In this document: in pieces, positions 38,407-53,505 of the stretch
How positions within the stretch are numbered: the first letter of the stretch is position 1
How the letters are laid out: each line of letters begins with the position of its first letter
Notes under the pieces: generated by a model
Seen by the model: the letters and a program-made list of their open reading frames with translations, nothing else
The model's database searches: none
Told to the model about the DNA's origin: nothing
Assembly: GCA_964016885.1 (NCBI GenBank)
Contig: OZ024755.1
Coordinates: forward strand, 36,332,001 to 36,396,000
Length of the DNA: 64,000 nt
DNA from: Eledone cirrhosa
Taxonomy: Eukaryota
Reading direction: 5' to 3'
Translations under genes and position numbers: made by a program

Positions 38407-38729
38407 TGGAGCTTGTGAAGGGCATTATATATATATATATGGAGATTTAATCCCAATATTTCGGGCTCACGCCCATCAACGGGGGACAGTTCCAAAAGGA
38501 GGGGGGGGAACAGGCCAAGCGGAGAAAGTTGTGATGTCATTAAGACAGGAATGCCGTTAAGATAGGAATGCCGTTAATAACGGCATTCCTGTCTTAACGA
38601 CATCACAACTTTCTCCGCTTGGCCTGTCCCCCCCCCCCCCTTTTGGAACTTTCCCCCGTTGATGGGCGTGAGCCCGAAATATTGGGATTAAATATATATA
38701 TATATATATAATGGTCTTCACTAGCTCCA
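38407..38729. repeat. ~320-bp nested palindrome with a variant hammerhead-like motif in each arm
   Basis: Inner arms 38445 to ~38560 and ~38578-38693; outer ~23-bp inverted repeat beyond (TA)n. Confidence 0.85.
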
Positions 38730-39519
38730 TGTTAGAAACTAGACTCTGCTGTATTATCTAGTTGAGCAAAGCATCTTAGTACATACTGCAAACTTATGCT
38801 TGCATTATCACAGATATATTGAGTTTGGTGACTATAATGACGTACAGCTTATAGTTGTGAAAATATCTGCAAATGAGCAAAAATCAAATCAAATACTTAA
38901 ATGGAAGTAACTCTATTATGATTATATAACATATAAATAATTATCTGCTAAAGGCCACAATTTCAACTGCATCATATACAAAGACTGAAATGACAATTCA
39001 GAATACACATTATGACAATTGATCAAGTATATGACGTTTCATAATCTAAAGTACCATCTATCAATACATAATTGTCTGCTGAGATGTCAGATTCTCACTA
39101 AATAGTTGTTATTATAGAGCAACTAATGCAGCTTAGGGACTTCTCAATCAATTAACCACAATAATGCACTTATACAAACTAACAAAATAATTGATGCTTC
39201 TTAGATGCCAGTTATAATCAAAATACACTCCACAAGAGTAAAATGGAGTCCATAAATAACGTGCTGTAATATACTCTAAGATATAGGTACATACATGAAA
39301 GTGAGGGAACCAGGATGGAGTAGAAAGTTCTATCTGGTATACAGTTTTGAATTAAACTGAAATTTGTTCACTTACATCAGAGGTTCTTAAAGTGGGTGAT
39401 ACCATGGAGCGATAATGAGGGACAGAGACCGCTGGAGAGAACTCGTCCATGGATCTCGGGAATTTTACCCGCGTTAGATAGAGAGATAGTAAAATAATAC
39501 AATATAATATATTTATTTA

Positions 39520-39820
39520 TACATAGTATAAGCGGGTTAAGTTGTAGTGTGCGGGAGAAAAGGCTCAGATGGTGTGGACATGTGATGCACATGGAGGATG
39601 ACCGCTGGGTAAAGAAATGCCAAGAAATCCCAGTAGAGGGAAGACGCAGTAGAGGAAGACCACGAAAAACTTGGGAGGAGGTGGTGAGAGCTGACCTCAG
39701 ATCGCTGAAACTCACCGAGGAGATGACAGACTGTGATGAATGGAGAGATGATGTGCTGAATAGGACGATCCCACCCTTACAAGCAGGGAAAAGCGCGCGT
39801 AAAATGATGATTGATGATGA
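39520..39820 (+). mobile_element. RTE 3' end (same family as 22213-22825)
   Basis: RLRWCGHVMHMEDDRWVKKC..GRRSRGRPRKTW. Confidence 0.9.
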
Positions 39821-39944
39821 TATATATTATTTTATCTATTATATATAAATTAACAATTTTCTTTATTATATATTATTTACAATTTGTGAGTAGGGAGGTC
39901 TGTCAGGAAATAGAGTTTGGCGGGACACTCATGGTATTACTATC

Positions 39945-41210
39945 GCATATCCTCCTCCACAGTTGCTGCCCATGTCTCACTACCATGTAGCATGGCACAT
40001 CTCACACAGGCATCATGTAACCGGCCTTTCATTCATAGGGTGAAAACCTTCCTTGTCAATAGAGGAAGCAGCTCCCTAAACTTCTTCCAACCCATACTTA
40101 TTCTAGATACTATGGCCTCGGAGCAGCCTCCTCCCATGTTAATCTGATCACCTAGGTACCGGAAGCTATCAATCAGCTCTGTAGATCCTACCTGCATTGG
40201 AAAAAATGTGTCTAACAATGCGACTTTGACTGTCTAATTTCCCTGTACATCTACTGCATATGTAGTTTTCCTCACCTGTAAGTTTGCCTGCTATCCCACT
40301 ACATCTCTTGTGTACCCAAGATCTGCATTGTGTACATTTTATGGAATTTATGCCAACTCCTTTTCTACATATACATGGCCATTTCCCTGATGGAATCAGA
40401 GTTTTGTCCTCTTTCCTACTTATCAACACTTTTGTCTTAGCTAGGTTCACTCTCAGTCCTCTTGATTCCAACTGCTGTTTCCATAGCCAGAGTTTATTCT
40501 CTAGCTCCTCTACTGATTCTGCTATAAGAACCAGATTGTCATCATAGAGAAGTTTCCATGTACAGCCAGTCTTAAACTCTTCTGTTATGGCTTGGAGGAC
40601 TATCATGAACAAGAGTGGGCTGAGGACTGAACCCTGATGCACTCCTATCTGGAATTCCTCACTAAACTTCATTTCTACTCTCACTTTACTGACAACACCT
40701 CTATACATTGGTTGCACTGTCCTCACAAGACATTCCTCAACACCTAGTTTCTTTATGAAAGTGACAGAGAGACTATTAGCGCAACTGATTAGAGAAAGGG
40801 TCAAACTAGATGAGATGCAGTTTGGTTTTTGTGGCCTGAGAAAAGTATAACAGATGCTCTCTTCTTAGTCAGACAACTACATCAGATGACAGATCGGGGT
40901 ACCCTATCAAAGGCCTTCTCTATGTCAACAAAAGCTAATTATAGTGGCTTATTCTTCTCTAAGAACCTCTCTTGTAGTTGTCTGACTAAGAAGAGAGCAT
41001 CTGTTATACTTTTCTCAGGCCACAAAAACCAAACTGCATCTCATCTAGTTTGACCCTTTCTCTAATCAGTTGCGCTAATATTCTCTCTGTCACTTTCATA
41101 ACCTGATCCATCAGTTTCATGCCTCTATAATTGCTCCTCTGCAGAGCATCCCCTTTACCTTTGTAGCAATTTATAAGAATACTGCTGCACTAGTCTTTGG
41201 GTATGACTCT
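39945..41210 (-). mobile_element. Decayed RTE reverse transcriptase region with PHD-like insert and an internal inverted duplication
   Basis: NYRGMKL, MQFGF, FVDIEKAFD, GVHQGSVLSP, LLYDD, FRYLG motifs with stops and frameshifts. Confidence 0.92.
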
Positions 41211-41479
41211 TGACACACACACACACACGCACACACACACAAGGTGTCCCAAAATGTGTATACATTTTTGAGGAACACCCTGTGTGTGTGTGTGTATAGT
41301 AATAATAAATGTGAAGACAGAAATCCGAAGGGGGCTTAATAAGGATTATATATGTATGTATGTATATATGAGTGTGTATGTATATATATATGTATGTATA
41401 TGTATATATGAGTATATATATATATATATATATATATAAGTATGTATGTATGTATATGTATATATATATATATAAGTAT

Positions 41480-41930
41480 GGAGAGATGACCCCTTAGCCT
41501 TTGTCAAGGCAGAATTCTAGGAGAAGGAAAACTCTGATATAACACCTGCAACCCTGATGGTATCCAATGATGTTGACTTGTTCTTCTTTTTGGTAAATAT
41601 CATCCTGGTTAAGAGAGTGGGACTGGCTTTGTGCAGTGCCTTTGCTCACTATAAAAGCTTCACGGCACAGGCATTGCTTTATATCTGGAAATCTCTCTGC
41701 ACTTGTCATCACATGGTACCATGGGCCCAGCACTATGTGTCAATAATTGTCACAAGTGTAGTGTTTGTACCAGAGTTTTCAAGTCGCTGGCTGGACTAAA
41801 AAGTCACACTCGTTCAGCGCATCGATAGGTGTTCTCCTACATGGATATAAAGTAGTGGCCGTACTCGAAAACGAGTTGGCAGCCACCATGTATGTATGTA
41901 TGTATGTATGTATATGTATGTATATGTATG
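41480..41930 (+). mobile_element. RTE-derived element: putative 5' UTR piece joined to a 3' end with C2H2 finger, hairpin and (TGTA)n tail
   Basis: CSVCTRVFKSLAGLKSHTRSAHR* at 41757-41828; hairpin GTGGC...ACTCG-AAAA-CGAGT...GCCAC. Confidence 0.65.
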
Positions 41931-41944
41931 TCTAAAGTCTGTCT

Positions 41945-42192
41945 TAAGCCAGAAGGCTCATTTGGCCGGTGCTTATCCTGGTTTCATGGCGTGAATTGAG
42001 AGAGTACAAGACTCCCCCCTGGACAGGACACCAGTCCATCGCAGGGTTAAGCTCCCAGCTATTGCTGGTACTCATTTTCAGCTGAGTATATAGTGAAATG
42101 AAGTGTTTTGTTCAACACGCAACCCAGGAATCAAATCCATGACATTATGATTGTAAGTCTAACACACTTATCACTAGGTGAGGTGCCTCCAC
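41945..42192 (-). mobile_element. tRNA-derived SINE (third family, degenerate)
   Basis: GCCGGTGCTTATCC..CTCCCCCTGGA..CCAGTCCATCGCAGGG..GGTACTCATTT plus a degenerate tRNA head. Confidence 0.6.
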
Positions 42193-42244
42193 TGTATATA
42201 TGTATGTGTGTCTATATATATATATTTGTGTATATTATATATCA

Positions 42245-42518
42245 GATCTACTGGCTGTTATCCAATGGGCAGAAAAGAAAAACATGCTGTTGAACGGGGA
42301 TAAGTTCGAGTTAATCCACTTTGGAAAAGAGGATGCCCTGAAACTCCCATACTCCCTTCAGGTGAAACACTCGTGGCATCCAACAACATTAGAGACTTGG
42401 GGGTAATTGTGGACAACAACATAAGCTGGGCCAATCATATAAACAATGAAGTTGACATGGCCCACAGAATGTGTTCCAGGATTCTCAGAACCTTCCAGTC
42501 AAGAGATATCCACATTAT
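42245..42518 (+). mobile_element. CR1/Jockey-group RT fragment
   Basis: DLLAVIQWAEKKNMLLNGDKF..IRDLGVIVDNNISWANHI..ILRTF. Confidence 0.8.
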
Positions 42519-42770
42519 TGTGTGTGCGTTTGTGTGTGCGTGTGTGTAAGGTTGTTTGAACATATTAATGATAAGTGTTAAGTTTCTCTGGACAAAGTAT
42601 GACCTCCCACACTACCACCATTTAATGGTGGAATGGTTAATGATAGGAAAGGTGTCTGCACCTAACTGTAAGATCACATCCTCCACCCAATATGATTGTA
42701 TGGCCATATCTGCAATTTTTTTAAGCATAGGTCTAGAAATATAGTAGTAATTCTTTCTTAGTTAACATCA

Positions 42771-43287
42771 TTAGCCCTTTAGCATTTAAACTGGTCATAT
42801 CCAGCTAGAATTCTCTCACCTCTTTCTGTTCAGACCAGCTATAACTGGCCGCTCATACTGATGTTATGGTAGTGTTCTCAAAATAAATAATATCAAAATC
42901 TCAGATTCGATATTATGTGAGATAATTATGTGATGCAAAACCTTTCCCATGAAAATATAATAGTAAATATAGAGTAATGTAAATGTTATGTGAGATAATT
43001 ATGTGACGTAAAGCCTTTACTGTGAAAATATAATAGTACATATAGAGTAATGTAAATGTTATGTGAGATATTATGTGAGGTAAAGCCTTTACCATGAAAA
43101 TATAATAGTAAATACAGAGTAATGAGAATGTTATGTGAGATATAATGTGAGGTAAAGCCTTTACCATGAAAATACAATAGTAAATATAGAGTAATGTAAA
43201 TGTTATGTGAGGTAATTATGTGAGGTAAATCCTTTACCACAAAAATACAATAGTATATATAGAGTAATGTAAATGCTAAAGGGTGAA
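42771..43287. mobile_element. MITE-A with ~5 tandem copies of a ~66-bp subterminal segment
   Basis: TIRs plus repeated TTATGTGAG...CCTTTACCATGAAAATATAATAGTAAATATAGAGTAATG. Confidence 0.87.
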
Positions 43288-44264
43288 GCAAATGTCTAGC
43301 AACAGAATAGTAATTCTAGGTAAATATTTCTCTTAGTTAACATCATTAAACCTCAATAGGAGATTTTATGCACATTCAGCACTGTTCAATACAAAGAAAA
43401 TATATCTCCTGCTATGATCCCAATATGTCTTCCATGTTTACATTCCCTCAAACTTTTTTTTTAATGTATAGTTGGTTTTCATCCACATTTTTCAGGCTGA
43501 CAATATATAATTTACAAATGTTATTAAGAACATCAGCCATGAATTTTTAAATTTTAAATTGATGGTATATAAAGATTTCTTTAGATAACTTTGATAGCAA
43601 CATCTTTAGAAGTATTGATTGATAGCAATAGCTTCTAATAACAATTTTGAAAGCTTAAACTCACTGATTCAATAAAATATTAGCACTAATTTACATTGCT
43701 CTTTTTTAAAAAATACAAAAACAGTTTTATATCAATCATTCTATATTAGCATGAATAGTATAGTTTTGCTAATTCAGAAATCTCCATGGATTTGGAAGGA
43801 CATCTAGCTGTAGAAACCAAGTCAAAATCACTTCTGTATGAGCAAGACACAGTCACCTGACCTGGCATTGCCCACAAGAGGACAACTCGTCTAACCCATG
43901 CTAGCGTGGAAGAATGGACGTAACGGTGATGATAATGAAGAGGATTACTGAAAAATATGTTTCAGAGTACAATATCAAATTCACTTTCTTATAAAATGAG
44001 TAGTTAATATTAAAAGCTGGTGTGGATATTTGCCTAAGAGAAACAAGATGAAATTTGTCTTAGAGAAACAGTGAAAAATTTAATATGGCAGGACTGGGTA
44101 GGTGTTTGTAAATGCAACAAATGAAGCAATTATTCATGATAAAACTTGAAACATTAACTGTACAGACATGAAGTTCAATTTATTTCTGTCACATTAGGCA
44201 ATTAAAAGAGTTGATATCAATATGAGTATCAAATTGTAAAACACTGACTCAAAAAAAAGTCTCA

Positions 44265-44970
44265 TGCTAAAGATGTAAAGGATAGAGACATCAGTGTAAA
44301 TAGCTTAAAGCTTGTAAAGGATATATCAGTGTAAATAGCTTGTAACAGGCTAATATGTAAGGGATAGAGACATCAGTGTAAATAGCTTGAAACAGGCTAA
44401 GCTGTAAAGGATAGAGACATCAGTGTAAATAGCTTAAAGCTTGTAAAGGATACATCAGTGTAAATAGCTTGAAACAGGCTAAGAATAGATACATCAGTGT
44501 AAATAGCTTCAAATGTCATATAGATACATCAGTATAAATAGCTTAAAGCTTGTAAAGAATACATCAGTGTAAATAGCTTGTACCAGACTAAAATGTAAAG
44601 GATAGAGACTAAAATGTAAAGGATAGAGATATCAGTGTAAATAGCTTTATACAGGCTAAAATGTAAGGGATAGATACATCAGTGTAAATAGCTTGAAACA
44701 GGCTAAAATGTAAAGGATAGATACATCAGTGTAAATAGCTTGAAACAGGCTAAAATGTAAAGGATAGATATGTCAGTGGTAAATAGCTTGAAACAGGCTA
44801 AAATGTAAAGGATAGATATGTCAGTGTAAATAGCTGAAAGCATCTATAGGATACATCAGTGTAAATAACTTTATACAAGCTAATATGTAACAGATAGAGA
44901 CTTCAGTGTAAATAGCTGAAAGCATCTAAAGAATACATCAATGTAAATAGCTTTATACAGGCTAAAATGC
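44265..44970. repeat. Degenerate 35/47-bp minisatellite with core CATCAGTGTAAATAGCT
   Basis: About 16 core occurrences. Confidence 0.88.
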
Positions 44971-45485
44971 AGGCATCAGGATAATTCAAGAATGCATTGC
45001 AATTTTTTTCACATTGTCTTAAATATTCAGCATATACACATCATACATACATGAATGATTTCAAACATGTAGCATGGATCTACATGTGAAGCACAAATGT
45101 TACTTATATTATTAAAACGACATACACATAACAAACAAACAAACAAACAAACAAACAAAAAAGAAATTCTGCTACGGAACGGATGGATTTAAAATACCAA
45201 CATACATTTGAACATAATCTTCAAAGGACTAAGTATGAGATAGTTGAAATGTGCACGTGTGTGTGCGCGCGCGCGTATGTGTGTGTGTGCGTGTGCGCGT
45301 ATGTATGTGTGTGTGTATTGGAAACCAAGTGCATGCAATAAATATGCAAAAACACATTCATGTATCTTTAGATTTATGTATGTGTTTTTGCATTTGTGAG
45401 TATCTAGGACTATGCTCTCACTCTCTCTCTCTCTCTCTCTCACACATAGTCCAAATCTTGCTGACAGGGAAAATAGAGTTAAACG

Positions 45486-46761
<1,276 letters not shown>

Positions 46762-46974
46762 TCCCTAAAGACATCACTTTCTTGTGAAATACTACTGATA
46801 ATAGCTTCTCTCTAACCATCGCTGATCCATTTAGAGATTACATCCAAATCAGGTTTTCACTTCGCTGCTTATCTAGAAGTCAGCCTACATCTATGTATGT
46901 GTCTATGTCTTACTCAGTGTATGTGTGGGTGTTATTGAGTGTGGAAATGTGTATGATACTGTGTGTGTGTGTGC

Positions 46975-47517
46975 ACGTATGTATGTGAGGGTGTAGTACT
47001 ATAAGCATGTATATATATGTATGTATATATGCACGTATGTGTGTGCGTGTGTGTATGTGAGGGTGTAGTACTATAAGCATGTATATATGTATGTATATAT
47101 GTACATATTTATGTGTGTGAGGGTGTAGTACTATAAGCGTGTATATATGTATGTATATATGTACATATATATGTATGTGAGGGTGTAGTACTAGAAGCAT
47201 GTATATATGTATGTATATATAAGCATGTATATATGTACATATATGTATGTGAGGGTGTAGTACTATATGTATGTATATATGTATGTATATATGTACATAT
47301 ATATGTATGTGAGGGTGTAGTACTATAAGCATGTATATATGTATGTATATATGTACATATATATGTGTCTGTGTGTGCACGTATGTATGTGAGGGTGTAG
47401 TACTATAAGCATGTATATATATGTATGTATATATGTACGTATATGTGTGTGCATGTGCGCGTGTGTATGTGAGGGTGTAGTACTATAAGCATGTATATAT
47501 GTATGTATATATGTACA

Positions 47518-47552
<35 letters not shown>

Positions 47553-47800
47553 ACGTGTGTGTGTGTGCACGTGTGTATGTGAGGGTGTAGTACTATAAGC
47601 ATGTATATATGTATGTATATATGTACATATATATGTGTGTGTGTGCACGTGTGTGTGTGTGTGTGCGCGCGTGTGTATGTGAGGGTGTAGTAATATAAGC
47701 ATGTATATATATGTATGTATATATGTACATGTATGTGTGTGTGTGTGCGTGTGTGCACGTATGTATGTGAGGGTGTAGTACTATAAGCATGTATATATGT
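46975..47800. repeat. Variable-length minisatellite with core TGTGAGGGTGTAGTACTATAAGCATG
   Basis: About 11 cores separated by TA/TG tracts. Confidence 0.88.
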
Positions 47801-48229
47801 GTGTGTGTGCGTGTGCAAATGGTATATGCATATGCATGTTCTTATGTATATATATATATGTGTGTACGTATGCATGTATATATATATATGTATGCATGTA
47901 TGTACATACGTATGCCATCTACGTAAGTATGTATATGTATGTAAGTATGTAAATTTATATATATATATATATACACATACATGTGTGTGTGTGCATATGT
48001 ATGTATGTATGTATGTAAATATATATATATATATACACATACATGTGTGTATGTGTGTATGAAAAAAAATATATATATATACACATACATGTATGTGTGT
48101 GTTTGTGTGTGCATATGTACGTATGTATGTAAGTAAATATATATATATATATATACATGTGTATGTGTGTGTGAAAAAAAATATGTATATACACATACAT
48201 GTATGTACGTATGTATGTATGTATGTATG

Positions 48230-48271
<42 letters not shown>

Positions 48272-48904
48272 TGTGTGTGTATGAATGTATGTACGTATGT
48301 ATGTAAATATATATATATATATATACACATACATGTGTGTGTGTGTGTGTACGTATGTATGTATGTACGTACGTATGTAAATATATATATATATATATAC
48401 ACATACATGTGTGTATGTATGTATGTCTGTAAATCCTCCATTTTAGCTATCCTCCTCAACACAGACTTGGATTACTCTACATATACATGTTCCTCCATTT
48501 ACTACCTTCTTTTAACATAGGCTTCGATTATGACATCTATTTTCAGCATTTCAGAGCAGTTATATTTCCATTCTTTTGGGTTTGTTTTTTTGTTTTTGTT
48601 TTATGGTCTTTGTTTTGCTTGTTTTTTTGGGGGGGAGGGGGGGGTTGGGGGGGGGGGGGCTTTTTTTTTTTTTTTTTTTTTTTGTAATTTTTCTTTCTTT
48701 TTTTAAGGTAAATTTTTTTCACTTATTTTTTTTTTTTTTTTTTTTTTTTCCATTTATCATTTAGTTTCTTTCCTTTTGCTTCTTTTAGTTTTTATCTTCT
48801 ACCTTTCTGCATTTATCTCTGAGTTCAAAGTTACTAAAGAAAAATATAAGTATATTCTAGAATATTCTAGAAAGCAGGGGAAAAAATTGTTGGATTTTTG
48901 TTTT

Positions 48905-48948
<44 letters not shown>

Positions 48949-49076
48949 TTATACTTTTCTCCTTACAATAACAAATCGGAATTATTATTATATGAATATG
49001 AGTACGTGTGTGTGTGTGTGTGTGTGTGTACATGTGTGTGTGTGCGAGCCCACAAATATGTGTGGTGTGTGAGCGC

Positions 49077-49138
<62 letters not shown>

Positions 49139-49360
49139 GTGTGTGCGCGTGTACATGTGTGTGTGTGAGCCCACAAATATATGTGTGGTGTGTGAGCGCA
49201 TAAATATATATATATATAAATGTGTGTGTATACACACTCATGTTTGTATTGGTGGGTGTATAATATGTACATGTATGTATGTGTAACTATGAGCATACAT
49301 ACAAATGTGTGTGTGCGTGTGTGAGACATATATACATGAAATAAATAGGTATATGTATAA

Positions 49361-49391
<31 letters not shown>

Positions 49392-49460
49392 CACATACAC
49401 ACATATATATATACATATATGTATGTATGTATGAGTGTATATCTACACACACACACACAC

Positions 49461-49491
<31 letters not shown>

Positions 49492-50254
49492 TGAGATAGA
49501 AATACAGTGAAATATAGTTTTTCTATTCCCCTTTCCGTTTTATTATTTTATCTTATCAAAGTAACATTTAAAAAGCAATCTGCTATGAAATAACTCTGGT
49601 AGCCAACATTGCTTCTTTTTTTCATCTTTTTTCTGTTTGTTTTTGTTTTTAAGATGATTCTTTTATATCAAATATGTGAATTTTTTTTTTTGTTAAAGAA
49701 AAAAAAGAAAAAATAGAAGAAGAAAAAGAAAAAAAAAAGAAATTGGTGATTACTATTAATGTTAGGTAGCTAGTGATAACAAGAAAGATGAAAGATATTA
49801 AATATAGGCTTTCATAGTGAAATAACATACAAGATAGCATATTCAACATACTGTTGAAGAAAACAAATATGGACGCATGTGATAAAGTAAGAAGACAGCT
49901 TTGCAATATAAATATTGTTGGCCCATTTCAAGATGGACATCACCAGTAGACAGCTATTTACTAAAGAAAGAAAATAAAACATACAGCATAAAATGTAGGA
50001 AGACATTTATCCAATGAATACATTGATAAAAATAAAATAAAATAAAATAAAATAAAAAGCTGGAACACTCATCAGATGAAATGTCAGACTGAAAGACATT
50101 GGAGCAGGTATAGCTACTTGGTTAACAAGTTTACTTTGCAATGCTGTGGTTCCAAGTTTGATTTCACATTTATCCCCCCACCCACCCTCCCAACTATCAA
50201 TCAACTTCCCTGCTTGAATGAGGACACAATGATCACCTAGTATTGGAATGGATC

Positions 50255-50740
50255 AAGTACACTCTCTAAGTGGCGCTGCTAATGCCATGATGAAATACAC
50301 CCAATCTGTCTAGTAAAGTGGTAGTCTTGATGTCATGATAAAATACACCCAATCTATCTACTAAAGTGGTAGTGTTGGTGTCATGATATAATACACCCAG
50401 TACACTCTGTAAAGTGGTAGTCTTGATGTCATGATAAAATACACCTAATCTATCTACTAAAGTGGTAGTCTTGGTCTCATGATATAATACACCCAGTACA
50501 CTCTGTATAGTGGTAGTCTTGGTCTCATGATCAAATACACCTAATCTATCTACTAAAGTGGTAGTGTTGGTGTCATGATCAAATGCACAACCTATCCAGT
50601 AAAATCTCGGTGTCATAATCAAATACACCTAGTCTATCTAGTAAAGTGGTAGTCATGGTGCCATGCACATGATGCAATGCACACAGCTGACACTCTAACA
50701 TGATAGTTCTGGTGTCATAATAAAATACACCCAGTATATG
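50255..50740. repeat. 48-bp minisatellite with two partly alternating variants
   Basis: ATACACC at period 48; CAATCTATCTAC versus CAGTACACTCTG. Confidence 0.85.
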
Positions 50741-51163
50741 CTGCAAAGCTAAAGTTAGGAAAGACATCTAGCTGTAGAAACAATGCCAAACTAGAGAATG
50801 GATGAGTAGGACGTAATTATAAGACCTGTCTTGTCTTAAAATGTAAAAACGTCCCTAATGCATGCTAGTCTGGAAAAAGGATGTAAAACAGTAATGATGA
50901 TTTTATATACATGGGAAAGAGACCGTTAAATGATGAAGATGATATATATTAATTAATAGCTATATGAAATGAAAACCATTTCATTGCTGTATTCTTCAAT
51001 GAAAGACACTTCTATAATGCTTCAAATTATTTCGAATATAGTCAAGAATTTGGAAGGATTTAGTTATAAAACTAACTTTTTCATAATTTATTTAGTGTTT
51101 GGAATACTTCAATGATTTTTTTCCCATAAAATTATGATGGGATTTTAGATAAACATAAACACT

Positions 51164-51367
51164 TTAAATCTTTAGCATTTACATTACCCTATATTATTTT
51201 CATGGTAGACACTTTATCTCATATAATTATTTCACATATCGAATTTAGGATTTATTTTGAGAACACTAACTTAACATAAGTATGAGTGGCCAGTTACAGC
51301 TGGTTTGAACAGAAAGAAGTGAGAGGATTCAGGCTGAATATGGCCAGTTTAAATGCTAAAGGGTTAA
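51164..51367. mobile_element. MITE-A nested in MITE-B (which ends at 51431)
   Basis: TIRs; GGTATCAAAAGGGTTAA downstream. Confidence 0.8.
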
Positions 51368-51587
51368 AACTAACAGTTCCATATTGTAGAAAGAGAGACA
51401 GATTTAGGCTGTGAGGTATCAAAAGGGTTAAGTCATCTATTGATTATATTACAACTATGGCCCTTTATAGTGGAAAAACACTGGTTTAGAGTACTCTAAA
51501 CAAGACATGTTGGGACCCAAAATACATCAATACATTACACAAACACACACACTACAAGTTGATGATTATTAATATTTTAATTTAATA

Positions 51588-52061
51588 TTAACTCTTTAGC
51601 ATTCATATTACTTTATATTTACTGTTATATTTTCACAGTAAAGGCTTATCTCATAATATCGAATCTATGAGATTTTGATATCATTTATTTTGAGAACAAT
51701 ACCTTAAAATTGGTATGAGCAGCCGGTTATGGCCGGTTTGAACAGGAAGATGGGAGAGAATTCTGGCCAGATATGGCTGGTTTGAACAGAAAGAGGTGAG
51801 AGAATTCTGGCCAGATACAGCCAGTTTGAACAGAAAGTGAAAGAATTCTGGCCGGATACGGCTGGTTTGCACAGAAAGAGTTACAAAAATTCTGACCGGA
51901 TATGGCTAGTTTATATAGAAGGAGGTGAGAGAATTCTGGCCGGATGCAGCCGGTTTGAACAGAAAGAGGTGAGAGAATTCTGGCCAGATGCAGCCGGTTT
52001 GAACAGAAAGAGGTGAGAGAATTCTGACCAGATATGGCCGGTTTAAATGCTAAAAGGTTAA
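51588..52061. mobile_element. MITE-A with ~7 tandem 44-bp units
   Basis: GAATTCTGGCC.GAT...GGTTTGAACAGAAAGAGGTGAGA repeated. Confidence 0.9.
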
Positions 52062-52497
52062 AGTAAACCCTGAGCTATCTTAGCAACATTTGATATTAAA
52101 CATTTTAAGAACCAATTTGAAATAAAGACAACAGGCCAAAAACAATGTGTTTTCAGTTTTGTCAATGGGTCTCAGATTGCTTAAAGCATATATATTTTTT
52201 GTACCTATAATATAGAGTCACACCAAACACAAAACATTTGTGGGTACAATTCTAATATAGTGGTGAGACAGGAAATTAACAGATCTACTAAAATAGAGAG
52301 CTATTCAATATTTAAGACAACAACAAAAAAATACAGTACTAAATTAATTTGGGTAGACAGAAAATTAACAGGCAAGTAGACAGATATTCAATAAAAACCA
52401 AAATAAAAGTACAAATATAAAACCATTATAGACACAATGAAAAAGAAAACTAACTGATAGCTTTGCAATACAAAATTTCAGGGATAAACGAATACGA

Positions 52498-52534
<37 letters not shown>

Positions 52535-53099
52535 CAGACACGCACACACACAGGAATAACAAGACAGATTTATAATATCAAAATTGTAAGTATGAAAGCA
52601 ATAACAATACAATATGTAATAATAGTCAAGACAGCTTTACAATATAAACATTGTGAAACAAAACCAATATAGATAGATGCTCATAAGGTGAAAATAATAT
52701 ATGTTACTGATGAAATGGAAATATTTCCTAAATATATATATAAACGTGTGTGTATGTGTGTGTGTATCTGTATGTGTGTGTATTTCTATGTGTAAAACTG
52801 TAACAAGCTATTTTTGTAAATTTGGCAAACATTTTTGTTTAAACGTGTTAATGCCATCAATTTTTATGCATATTTTATAGTGACTGGTCTTTAAAGAGTA
52901 AAAATATAGACCACAAGTGAAACTTGGTTTTAGAGGTTAATTTGGCACAAAGCATTTATGATAGCAAGTTTTGGCTGATGTTTTACTTTGTTTTTGTGTA
53001 TTTTTCTCTTTTCTTAAAACTTTCATGGCCATATTTCTTTTAAAGTATTTTATGTAAATTTTGAAAATGCTTAAGAATTTGAAAGAATTTAGGAAAATA

Positions 53100-53505
53100 C
53101 GAGGGTAATCCCAAAAGTAAGGTCTCCAAAGCAATGGGGACTCAGAGAAACTGTTCGTACAGCTGTTGGCAGCACTGTTGTGATTGGTGCTTCCTTCACT
53201 CCCAAACAAGCATGCACGTGCTTCGCTGGGATGTTCAATCTTGGCTTGGCAGCCGTTGAGAATGGGGCTCCCGTTGAATGCTACCACCAAGTGCGAATTT
53301 CGCGCAGTTATATACGAGGGCAATCCCAAAAGTAAGGTCTCCTTCCGAGGAAAACATGCGTAAAGATCAGTGGATCACTCTGGATGCTCTCTGCATTTTG
53401 GTTCCTGAGATTTCCCGAAGCACCATCCACAGGATTTTAACGGAAAAGTTGCAATATCGGAAGTTGCAATATTGGAAGGAGACCTTACTTTTGGGATTGC
53501 CCTCG
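53100..53505 (+). mobile_element. Internally deleted mariner element with three TIR copies
   Basis: 28-bp TIRs at 53100, 53315 and 53478, each with flanking TA; transposase N-terminal remnants (KCEFRAVI; ISRSTIHRILTEKLQYRK). Confidence 0.9.
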
